Positions 8,692-17,601 of a DNA stretch of 64,000 nucleotides are shown here, in pieces. Every line of letters starts with the position of its first letter. Position 1 is the first letter of the stretch. A program made the translations under genes and the position numbers. Origin of the DNA: Mariniblastus sp. (GTDB taxonomy: Bacteria; Planctomycetota; Planctomycetia; Pirellulales; Pirellulaceae); NCBI GenBank assembly GCA_023300235.1, contig JALZWN010000034.1, positions 33,514 to 97,513 of the forward strand, in the 5' to 3' direction. A model generated the notes under the pieces. That model was not told the origin of the DNA. It was given only the letters and a program-made list of their open reading frames with translations, and made no database searches.

Positions 8692-10440
8692 TTGTGCCTG
8701 TTGGCAATCGTTCTGGTCATTGCTGCGGGCTGCCGTAGCACTCGCTCCAGCGTCGCCTTCGCACAGCCAACGATTGCGCAGCCTTCCTTTGAGGACAGCC
8801 AACTCCACCCCAATGCGAACGAGCCATCCGCTCCAACAATCGGTTTGGTCAGCCACCAAGCAGGCGACCAAACGCAGAATGCTGACAAAATCGACGCCGC
8901 CATCGAAGTCGACGAACTAGACAACACGCTCGCGAAAGAACTCGACAAAAACTCCGCAGCAGCCGAACCTGACCTAGCTGAAACCAACCAACAGGATCCG
9001 GTAGAACACGACGGCCAAGCCTCTCCGGTACCATTCGAGGTCACCAACAAAACTGAAATCGATACAAGCGTTACCGACAACGGTGGTATTTCTTTGGGTT
9101 CAGTTCTTCAATCAGTCGCTGATTGCTACCCTGAGATTTCAATCGCTATCGGTGAAATCGAAGCCGCCAGCGGAAAAACGCTCGCTTCGTGGGGGAAGTT
9201 CGATACCATCGCTTCCGCCCATAGTATCTCGCAACCATTGGGTTTTTACCAAACCTATCGCAACGGCGTCGGTCTCTCACGACCTTTGTATAGCGGCGGA
9301 GAAGTTTACGGCACCTACCGCATCGGTGACGGGAACTTTGAACCTTGGTACGGAGAACGCGAAACTAATGAAGGCGGCGAGTTCAAAGCTGGCTTCGACT
9401 TACCGCTGTTGAAAGACCGCAACATCGACAAACGACGCGCCGGCGTGCAAACCGCTCAGCTACAACAGCAACAACTTTCCGCCAACATCGAAACTCGGCT
9501 ACTCAACTTCGAGCGACTTGCCACGCAAGCCTATTGGGACTGGGTCGCCAACGGACAAGCCGTTACAATCCAACGACAACTTTTGGAACTCGCCGAAACT
9601 CGCGTTGACCAAATCGACAAACGCATGGCCGCCGGCGACTTGGCAACCATTGCTGGCATCGACAACGATCGATTCATCGCTAAACGAAAAAACGGACTAA
9701 TCAAAGCAAGACGTGGACTTGAAAAAGCCGCGATCAAACTTTCGATGTTCTATCGAGACGCATCTTGCCAGCCGATCGTCGCCGACGCAACAGACCTACC
9801 GCCCAACTTTCCAAGCGAAAACGCGCTGCTGCAACAGCAGATCCTAACCGATATTCAAACCGCCTTATCGAATCGTCCAGAAATGCTTGAACTGGCCGCC
9901 GCTCGCCAAGAGGCTTTCGTAAAACTCCAGTATGCCGAAAATTTACTGCTGCCAAAACTAGACATCAAAGGATTTGCCGGCCAAGACGTAGGAGGTGAAA
10001 CGAGCAGCACGGGTGATAAAACTCCGTTTGAACTACAGTTTGGCGTGTTTGCTGAAGTCCCCATTGAACGCCGCGAAGGAGCAGGCAAAGTGGCTCAAGC
10101 CCGCGGCAAAATCAAACAACTCGAAGCCAAACGCCAATTGGTCTCCGACAAAATCAGAGCCAGCATTCAAGACGCCGCCTCGGCGGTGAACAATGCCGCC
10201 GAACAAATCCTACAGTCGAAAGAGAACGCTCGGTTGACGGCTCAATCGCTACGCCTGGGCCGCTTGGCATTCGACGCCGGCGACATCGACTTGCTGGCAT
10301 TGAACATCTACGAGTCATCCGTCGCCGACGCCAACTTGCAATTATTAGAAGCTCAATACAAATACTTTAGCGGCCTGGCAAAGTACGATACGATGGTCCG
10401 CAACCAAGCGTTCACACAGACCGGGTCTCCTTCGAACTAG
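8692..10440 (+). CDS. TolC/NodT-family outer membrane factor lipoprotein
   Basis: Lipobox 'LVIAAGC' followed by an acidic/Q-rich linker and a two-repeat TolC-like helical/beta region. There is no in-frame ATG near the signal peptide. I propose the TTG at 8692, 3 nt after the hlyD stop; the start is uncertain. Confidence 0.7.
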   Translation: MCLLAIVLVIAAGCRSTRSSVAFAQPTIAQPSFEDSQLHPNANEPSAPTIGLVSHQAGDQTQNADKIDAAIEVDELDNTLAKELDKNSAAAEPDLAETNQQDPVEHDGQASPVPFEVTNKTEIDTSVTDNGGISLGSVLQSVADCYPEISIAIGEIEAASGKTLASWGKFDTIASAHSISQPLGFYQTYRNGVGLSRPLYSGGEVYGTYRIGDGNFEPWYGERETNEGGEFKAGFDLPLLKDRNIDKRRAGVQTAQLQQQQLSANIETRLLNFERLATQAYWDWVANGQAVTIQRQLLELAETRVDQIDKRMAAGDLATIAGIDNDRFIAKRKNGLIKARRGLEKAAIKLSMFYRDASCQPIVADATDLPPNFPSENALLQQQILTDIQTALSNRPEMLELAAARQEAFVKLQYAENLLLPKLDIKGFAGQDVGGETSSTGDKTPFELQFGVFAEVPIERREGAGKVAQARGKIKQLEAKRQLVSDKIRASIQDAASAVNNAAEQILQSKENARLTAQSLRLGRLAFDAGDIDLLALNIYESSVADANLQLLEAQYKYFSGLAKYDTMVRNQAFTQTGSPSN

Positions 10441-10791
10441 GTTCTTCCGGTAACTTAGTGGCATCCATTCAGTTCCCTCCAACAACGCATCTGACCAACG
10501 TGAATTGCCAGCTGACCATGCCCATGAGCAAATATCGATAAGGCTCTGATTGGTTGACTATTAAGGCAGGCCTCAGCCACCATTCCACGAAAAAACTCAG
10601 ATTGGAGCATACCAACGAATGAATGGTCGGTTCCAGCTGGCGGCAGCCCCCCGGTTCAATTCCGACTTACTGAATCTTGCCCCAAGAAACGAAACGGGGC
10701 CACAATCAGATGCCTGCCCCTACCGAACCACTCTCGAGCAAGCTTAGACGATTAAAAAAGACCTCTGAGTGGATTGCACAAGCAAAAAACT

Positions 10792-11667
10792 CTAACCTTC
10801 AATTGGTCGGCCAACCATCAACGAACATTGCACCACCGCACCAGGCACTGTTTTAAATTCCCACTGGTAATCGTCACGCGTTGGCAACGTTTTCACCAGT
10901 TCGTAAAACTCAGCCTCGCGGTAAGTCCGGGCACTCGTCACCGCCCCATCCCAAGCAAAACAAGCAGGAATGATCGGCAGCAAAAAGCTAAACGCAAGCC
11001 CGTGAACGGTAACCGGCCGAGCAAACAAACTCACCAGTAAACCAAACAGAAAGTTCGCCGGCAACGTCACCCACCACAGCCAGCGTGGCGGCACCGTTCC
11101 GTCGGTCAATTCAAAAATCACCAATGGCTGATTGGCCCGTTGAGCATCCAGCAACACCAGTCTCGCTTGCTCGGGCGCAAGATGATGAAACCCACAAACC
11201 AAAGTCCGCACCACCGATGCACCGCAATCGACCACCGATGCACCGCGATCGACCACCTGCACAGCCCCTCCCGCAACCGAAGTTTCCAATTGCTCCATCA
11301 ACGGCAAACACACATTCACCGGCCACTCAAGATAACGGATGCTTGACTTACTACCGTTAAGCTCGGACACCAACCTCGAAGGCGGTTGAAGATCGGTCAG
11401 CACCAAATCGATCCTGCGATCCTGATCTTGTTCTGCAACTACCAACTCCAACGCAGCGAGCATTGGCCCACCGCTTCCCGAGCACACATCAACGATCGTG
11501 ACCGCTTCTTCGCCAAAATTGGCAAGCACCTGCTTGACCTGATCAGCGACCACTCGCGGCACACCAAACCATCGGTGTACCACAACAATCATCGACGTCA
11601 CACAATCGCGGATCCAACTTGGGCAAACCGCAAGGTCTTCAACCTCAAATAGATGTAAACGCTTCAC
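10792..11667 (-). CDS. Class I SAM-dependent methyltransferase-like protein with hydrophobic C-terminal segment
   Basis: Motif I 'IVDVCSGSGGPMLAALE', acidic post-I 'LVLTDLQ', C-terminal TM-like 'WLWWVTLPANFLFGLLVSLFA'. Confidence 0.5.
   Translation of the reverse strand: MKRLHLFEVEDLAVCPSWIRDCVTSMIVVVHRWFGVPRVVADQVKQVLANFGEEAVTIVDVCSGSGGPMLAALELVVAEQDQDRRIDLVLTDLQPPSRLVSELNGSKSSIRYLEWPVNVCLPLMEQLETSVAGGAVQVVDRGASVVDCGASVVRTLVCGFHHLAPEQARLVLLDAQRANQPLVIFELTDGTVPPRWLWWVTLPANFLFGLLVSLFARPVTVHGLAFSFLLPIIPACFAWDGAVTSARTYREAEFYELVKTLPTRDDYQWEFKTVPGAVVQCSLMVGRPIEG
11211..11257. repeat. In-frame 21-bp tandem repeat (2.2 copies) inside the methyltransferase-like gene
   Basis: CCACCGATGCACCGC[A/G]ATCGA occurs at 11211-11231 and 11232-11252, then CCACC. 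It encodes 'VVDRGASVVDCGASVV' on the minus strand. Confidence 0.8.
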
Positions 11668-11863
11668 GACCCAGTCAATCCCGTTGAACTACTAATTACC
11701 ATTCCCCGATTCGCTCCCCCACACTTGCAATGCAGCTGAGACTACCCCAAATCCAGATTTAATTCGCGTGGCAAATCATGCGAGGGAAAACATTCTCATT
11801 CGGCAAAAAGCTTCCCACCTCGCCCCGTTAGAAACACGATCGCCATCGATCGAAACCGCGCCC

Positions 11864-13558
11864 CTAATTCGAACTGCTCGCAATCCGCCAGCGTGAATTG
11901 AACGTAAAAATCATAGCCGCGAACAACGCCAAGTTTAGAACCACCGTAAACGACAAATAGCAGCCGAAGTGCACCAAATCTTTCACCGGGTAGTGCAACA
12001 AACTGGCCTCACCCGCCGTCGCCACCTGCCAACGCGACTCATTATCGACGGAATAATCGTCAACGTACAACGGCAAGTTATGAGCCGCCGCAAAGGGACT
12101 TGTCGCTGACATCGTCTTCACCACCTGCGTCGCCGGTGCAGCAGGGTAATACGTTTCCGCAAAGAAATTGGCGGCCAACGGAGCAACATACAACAACAAA
12201 ATAACCGAGTAAGTCACCAACAAACTGGTACTGGTCTTTTTACAAACCGTTGAAAAAAACAACGCCAACATCGACGTCGTCACACAAGTTAACACGTAAA
12301 TCACCAAGTAGCTAAGCATCGTTGGCATCGACTGCCACGCGTCAGGACTCAGCAACCCCAGCGTGATCGCGATCAACAAAGGCCACAACAAAAACAACGT
12401 CAATACACTGGAAACCCGCAACCCCGACAACAGCTTCCCCCAAAGAATTTGCCAAGGCGTAATCGACGTTGTCAGTAGCAGATCCAATGTCTGACGTTCA
12501 CGTTCACTCGTCACACTACCAGCCGAAAAAACAGGCCCGATCAACAAATTAAACAGGATGACGTAAGAAACGTACCACGGCGTCAACTGCCGAGCGATAA
12601 ACAAAAAGTACGCCATCAACGGCAACGCCAAAATCATGCTAACCTGAATCGCCAACCGCAGCATCAACGTGCCTTGGCCAAAAATCTCACTCCGCATCTC
12701 TTTATCATAGACCGGGTTAATCCCGTCCGGCATCAACGTCTCTCGGCTAGGTGGAGCCAACAAACGATCAGGAAACTGATCGCGAACAATCACCACACCG
12801 ATCGCATTTTTGTTCTCATCCTCGATGTCGATGACCTCTTTTCCCTCCGACCCAAAATCCGGAGGATACAGCATTCGCGAGCTACAGATATAAAACAACA
12901 CAATCGAAACCGCCGCCGCGAAACCGGGAATCACCGTAATCGCCATGTTCAAACGCATCTCGCCGAACTCGCTCATCGACCCCCAAAATAACACCCCCGC
13001 CAACGCCAACGGCAGAATCATCAAATAAGAAACCACCAACGCAGAACTCGTTCGCGAAAAGAAACTCCCCGCCGCCACACTGATCATACCAAAGGTAATC
13101 ACGCTCGCGATCAACGCCAGATACGCAGCCAGCACTTCATAAAACGAAACACCGCCTAACGGCAAACATAACATCACGATCGGCAACGAAGCGAAAATCA
13201 ACACAGCCAAGTGCGTCAGCGCCGCGACCAGCTTCCCCATCACAATCGACTCCGGACGAATCGGGCTCGCCAACAGCATCTCGTACGTCATCCGCTCCTT
13301 CTCGCCCGCAATCGATCCCGCCGCAAAACTTGGCGCCATCAAAGCCGCCAAAATATACTGTCCCAAAAACACCAAATCCACCAACACGCTCGACGCACCC
13401 GCATCGCTCAGATCCAACCGAACATTCTCCGTCGGCCAAGCAAAATAAACCACCGCCGCCAGCAGCACTTGATACACCAGCAACAAACCGAAGGCTCTGG
13501 GCTTGCGCAAATTGACCAGCAGTTCACGCTGTAATACGGGGTTACTAAAAAACTGCAT
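11864..13558 (-). CDS. Polytopic membrane protein, ABC-2-type permease-like (two fused halves)
   Basis: About 12 hydrophobic helices in two similar halves, with an ABC-2-like layout. No ATPase gene is adjacent. Confidence 0.5.
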   Translation of the reverse strand: MQFFSNPVLQRELLVNLRKPRAFGLLLVYQVLLAAVVYFAWPTENVRLDLSDAGASSVLVDLVFLGQYILAALMAPSFAAGSIAGEKERMTYEMLLASPIRPESIVMGKLVAALTHLAVLIFASLPIVMLCLPLGGVSFYEVLAAYLALIASVITFGMISVAAGSFFSRTSSALVVSYLMILPLALAGVLFWGSMSEFGEMRLNMAITVIPGFAAAVSIVLFYICSSRMLYPPDFGSEGKEVIDIEDENKNAIGVVIVRDQFPDRLLAPPSRETLMPDGINPVYDKEMRSEIFGQGTLMLRLAIQVSMILALPLMAYFLFIARQLTPWYVSYVILFNLLIGPVFSAGSVTSERERQTLDLLLTTSITPWQILWGKLLSGLRVSSVLTLFLLWPLLIAITLGLLSPDAWQSMPTMLSYLVIYVLTCVTTSMLALFFSTVCKKTSTSLLVTYSVILLLYVAPLAANFFAETYYPAAPATQVVKTMSATSPFAAAHNLPLYVDDYSVDNESRWQVATAGEASLLHYPVKDLVHFGCYLSFTVVLNLALFAAMIFTFNSRWRIASSSN

Positions 13559-13637
13559 AGAAACTGAACTGAAAAGGGTTTATCAAAATCGTAATTAGTA
13601 ATAATGCAATTCGGCAGCAACCGAACATCCATAAAAT

Positions 13638-15236
13638 CTACTTCGTTGATTCGTCAATTTCGCCAGTTACCAACTTGGCGATCGCGATTCCTGCAAAGCC
13701 GAAAACCACCGTCATAATCGGACTCAGGTAATTGAAAAAACAATAACCGATGTAAGCGTAAGACGTCAAATTTAACACCGCGATTTGAGCCGCGCCACAA
13801 GTATTCCAAGGCACCAGCACAGACGTCACCGTTCCACTGTCTTCCAGCGTTCGGCTTAAATTTTGTGGAGCCAAACCTCGATCCTTGAACGTCTGCCGAA
13901 ACATTCGGCCTGGAACCACGATCGACAAATACTGATCCGACGCCGTAGCGTTCAAAAACAAACAAGTCGCCGCCGTCGTCGCAATCAACGATCCGGTTGA
14001 ACGAGCAAACTGGACCAACGAGTCAGTGATTCGCTTCAGCATTCCACAGGCTTCCATCACCCCGCCAAAACACATCGCACAAATGATCAACCAAATGGTA
14101 TTCATCATGCCCCCCATCCCACCGGCGGACAACAAATTCTTCGCAAACACGTTGACCCGCTGCTGCGACGTCAACATCGCCAACTGCTGTCGATCCCCAG
14201 CATCTTCCTCTGCCTTCGACAACTCGACCCCAGACAAATCAACATCGCCCATCATCGCGTTGATGCTCGCCTGATAACTCTCCGAACTCAACTCCACGAA
14301 ACTACGCCCCCCGGCCGGCAACTCCGCATCGCCGCTCACCAAAAAATGAACGATGGCTGGCTGAGCAACCACGGCCACAATGGCTCCCAGCAACGTCCCA
14401 ACAAACAACGCCGCCACCGCATCGACCTTCATCAGCACCATCGCCAACACGACCGCCGGGATCACAAACAACCATGGCGTAATGTTAAATCGACTCAACA
14501 AAAATACTTGCAACGCTTCCACATCTGCGGCGTTGGCCCCTGAAGTATCTAGTGTCGATCCCAAGTACCAAAACAAACCCAACGTAATCAAAATACTAGG
14601 CACCGTCGTCCACAGCATGTACCGAATATGGCTAATCAAATCGGCCCCGGCCATCGCAGCAGCCAAGTTGGTGGTATCCGAAAGCGGCGACAACTTGTCC
14701 CCAAAATAAGCCCCCGAGATAATCGCGCCGGCAGTCATCGCTTCGGGAGCACCGAGTGCCGTCCCGATCCCCATCAACGCAATCCCAACCGTGGCTACCG
14801 TCGACCAAGAACTCCCCGTCGCGACGGACACCATCGCGCAAATCACCACACTGGCCACCAAAAAATAGCTGGGCTCGAGCACATTCAGCCCGTAGTAAAT
14901 CATGGCAGGCACGACACCGCTGAGCATCCAAGTGCCCGAGAGCGCACCGATCAGCAGCAGAATTAAAATCGCAGGCAACGCGGCATTCAAACTCGTACTG
15001 ATGCCCGTCAGCATTTCATTCAGCGGCACCTTCAGTACCCAACCACACGCCGCCGCAAACGCCGCCGCTAAAATCAAAGCAATTTGATTCGGCCCATAAG
15101 TCGCATCCGCCTTGTACAACAAAACATTGATCGTCAACAGTAAGACCAGAACCAACACTGGAGCCAACGCAAGCAACAGGGCAGGGCGTTGAAATTCAGG
15201 TTCAACTTTGGCTTCAGACATACTCACCTTGCTCAA
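13638..15236 (-). CDS. nhaC: Na+/H+ antiporter, NhaC family
   Basis: 'GTWMLSGVVPAMIYYGL', 'ATGSSWSTVATVGIALMGIG' and 'GAIISGAYFGDKLSPLSDTTNLAAAMAG' closely match the NhaC family pattern. Confidence 0.85.
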   Translation of the reverse strand: MSKVSMSEAKVEPEFQRPALLLALAPVLVLVLLLTINVLLYKADATYGPNQIALILAAAFAAACGWVLKVPLNEMLTGISTSLNAALPAILILLLIGALSGTWMLSGVVPAMIYYGLNVLEPSYFLVASVVICAMVSVATGSSWSTVATVGIALMGIGTALGAPEAMTAGAIISGAYFGDKLSPLSDTTNLAAAMAGADLISHIRYMLWTTVPSILITLGLFWYLGSTLDTSGANAADVEALQVFLLSRFNITPWLFVIPAVVLAMVLMKVDAVAALFVGTLLGAIVAVVAQPAIVHFLVSGDAELPAGGRSFVELSSESYQASINAMMGDVDLSGVELSKAEEDAGDRQQLAMLTSQQRVNVFAKNLLSAGGMGGMMNTIWLIICAMCFGGVMEACGMLKRITDSLVQFARSTGSLIATTAATCLFLNATASDQYLSIVVPGRMFRQTFKDRGLAPQNLSRTLEDSGTVTSVLVPWNTCGAAQIAVLNLTSYAYIGYCFFNYLSPIMTVVFGFAGIAIAKLVTGEIDESTK

Positions 15237-15530
15237 TCACTAAGAAACTTTTTGAATTCCAACGTTTAAACAAACCGACAACAGAACAGCGGTCACATTC
15301 GGAAAGACTTCCAAACAAACAGTGTAGCAAATTTCAGCCAGCCTAGGCTCACCGCCTAACCACCAACAAGAGAAACAGCCAGAAACAAAATGGCCCACCA
15401 CCGCGTGACAAACAAGCCTGCGTCTGCGAGTCTGGCACAGTGGACGAGACTACAAGTGGGATGACGAAACGATCCTACAGACTCTAATTTTCCGATTAGG
15501 AACTGTCCCGGAATAAGTTTCGCTTCTACT

Positions 15531-15594
15531 AACCCGAATGCGTAAGCGAGGGATCATTTTGTCCCGCTAAATCCCTCGCTTACGCATTCGGGCT
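15531..15594. repeat. REP-like palindromic hairpin, copy A (24-nt arms, 16-nt loop)
   Basis: AACCCGAATGCGTAAGCGAGGGAT (15531-15554) pairs with ATCCCTCGCTTACGCATTCGGG (15571-15592). The same arms recur at 20584-20647. Confidence 0.75.
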
Positions 15595-15661
15595 AGGATT
15601 TTTACTCATTTGAAATCGGGAACTTATTTCGTGCCTGATCCTTAGCCCCTTGATACCGCGG

Positions 15662-15751
15662 AAAATTTAACAACCACCGCTGCACACCAATAAACACGGA
15701 TGTGCGTGCAGAAATCCGTGTTTATCGGTGTTCATCCGTGGTTAATTTTTT
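15662..15751 (-). terminator. Long imperfect hairpin flanked by A- and T-tracts; likely bidirectional intrinsic terminator after the beta-propeller gene
   Basis: CACCAATAAACACGGAT (15685-15701) pairs with ATCCGTGTTTATCGGTG (15714-15730), with an extended outer stem. It starts 30 nt after the stop at 15781. The single mismatch becomes G-U on the minus-strand RNA. Confidence 0.5.
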
Positions 15752-15780
15752 AATCTGCAGAACCAGCCTACACCCAACAG

Positions 15781-17115
15781 TCACTTCACGGACTTGCCAA
15801 TTCGATACAACCTCTTATCCGTCCGGATCAGCAAATCATTGGCAACCGGCGCCGGCGTAGCCAGCAAACGACTATCCTCAAACGTGTGCTTGCCGACTTC
15901 CTCCAGCGTTTTGTCAGCCTTCACAACCGTCACCGTGCCTTCACGCGAACAAAGATAAACATTGCCACCGGCCAACAACGGCGACGCACAAAAATTCCCG
16001 CCAACTCGCACTCGCCCCAACATCTCCCCAGACTTCGCGTCCAAACAGACCATAATCCCCTTGTCCAAAATCGAAAACACCTTGCCACCGGACGTAACCA
16101 AAGACGGCAAATTAGGCCCCTTCTTAGATCGCCATTTGACATGGCTTTTACTCACGTCACCACTACCTGACGGATCGATCGCGACAAATTCCGACCGAGT
16201 AAAACTGGTTGGAAAAATCACCAAGCCGTCTTCAACGCTCGCCGTTGGTGTCGTCGAAAAACCATCACCATGATCCACTCGCCAGTACTCTTGGCCACTT
16301 TCTGGATTGTAAGAAACGATCCACTGGGCCCCCGGCACAATCGCCTGAGTTCTACCTGCCAATTCAACAATCAACGGCGTCGAGAACGCTTTGCGGTGAT
16401 CACCGGCAGGATCGCGAATCTCGGGACGATCCGTTTTCCATAACTCCTCGCCCGTCTCCAAACTCACCGCCACCAAAAATTGCTGATCCACGCCATCACA
16501 AGTCAACAAAACTTTGCCGTCGTAAATTGCTGGTGAACTTCCGGGCCCCGTACCATGATCGATCACAAACTCGGCTTCCCAAATCTTTTCACCAGTTTTG
16601 GCGTTAAGGCACCAAGTTCCATAAGCCCCAAAGTGCAACACAACCTTACCGTCGCTGATAGCTGGCGTTGGCGAAGCATACGAGTTTAGCGGATGCGAGA
16701 CGCCCGGTTTTTCAACATTCGCCAGCAAAACATTGTGCAGCAACTTCCCGGTTTTCAGATCCACACAAATCGCATGCAGGCTCAACGATCCCACCGTCGT
16801 TTTCATGTTCGGCTTATCTGCGCCTTCTCGGATCGTCTTTAACTGCTCGTCCGTTGCAGGCCTGGTAACCGCCGTCGTCAACCAAACTTTCCCGTCCGCA
16901 TACACCGGCGAAGACCAACCAGAGCCAGGAATCTCTGTCGTCCAACGATAGTTCGACTCATCCCAAGACGTCGGCAGCGACGCAGACGAAACACTTTCCC
17001 CATCGGCACCTAAAAACCTTGGCCAAGCCTGCTGTTCAACTTCTTGCGCAACCGCACTTTCGCAAAATAAAAACCAAACCCCAATCAACAAAAAATTGGC
17101 AGCAAAACACTTCAT
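15781..17115 (-). CDS. PQQ-like (BamB-like) beta-propeller repeat protein, secreted
   Basis: Signal peptide, plus repeated blocks 'DGKVWLTT', 'AICVDLKTGKLLH', 'CLNAKTGEKIWE', 'VAVSLETGEELWK', 'VCLDAKSGEMLG'. Confidence 0.7.
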   Translation of the reverse strand: MKCFAANFLLIGVWFLFCESAVAQEVEQQAWPRFLGADGESVSSASLPTSWDESNYRWTTEIPGSGWSSPVYADGKVWLTTAVTRPATDEQLKTIREGADKPNMKTTVGSLSLHAICVDLKTGKLLHNVLLANVEKPGVSHPLNSYASPTPAISDGKVVLHFGAYGTWCLNAKTGEKIWEAEFVIDHGTGPGSSPAIYDGKVLLTCDGVDQQFLVAVSLETGEELWKTDRPEIRDPAGDHRKAFSTPLIVELAGRTQAIVPGAQWIVSYNPESGQEYWRVDHGDGFSTTPTASVEDGLVIFPTSFTRSEFVAIDPSGSGDVSKSHVKWRSKKGPNLPSLVTSGGKVFSILDKGIMVCLDAKSGEMLGRVRVGGNFCASPLLAGGNVYLCSREGTVTVVKADKTLEEVGKHTFEDSRLLATPAPVANDLLIRTDKRLYRIGKSVK

Positions 17116-17601
17116 AAACTGATACCCTACAAATGATTTCCGACGACATTACGAAGAAAACTGCTCGCCGCCGAGCAGCATTCGAACAGATATTTTACCC
17201 GGCTGCAACTTTATTCGGCAAATCCTTGCAGTACGACCAGCCAATCGCTCTATCACTGATTCCCCTCTGACGGACGTCCAATACCCTGACTTTTCATGCC
17301 CCGCGTACGATGCAGAAAACTCGACGCTAAAAAGGATCTTCACGGAATTCAGTGGTGGTTTTCACACAGGATGGGGTCGACTTCGTTAGCTCGTGGTGGG
17401 AGCCCCGAGCTACCTAAGACGGCACCATCCGGGGGCGGGCCGCATTCCTAAATCTCACCCTAAGAGCTCTTGCCACTCCCCCCCGAAGCACCAGTAAAAA
17501 CCAAGGCTCAAACTCTTTGGCATGCGTTAGCACATAATTTCAGAAGGTGTGAAAACGGCCACAACATTCTGTGAAGAACCCAAATGCAAGAATCTTAGCA
17601 A

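Noticed and set aside
10653-10663. GGTTCAATTCC, a T-loop-like string suggesting a tRNA or tmRNA 3' domain in the TolC/methyltransferase intergenic region.
   Set aside because: The flanking bases do not form a T-stem or an acceptor stem, and no tRNA-like cloverleaf can be drawn.
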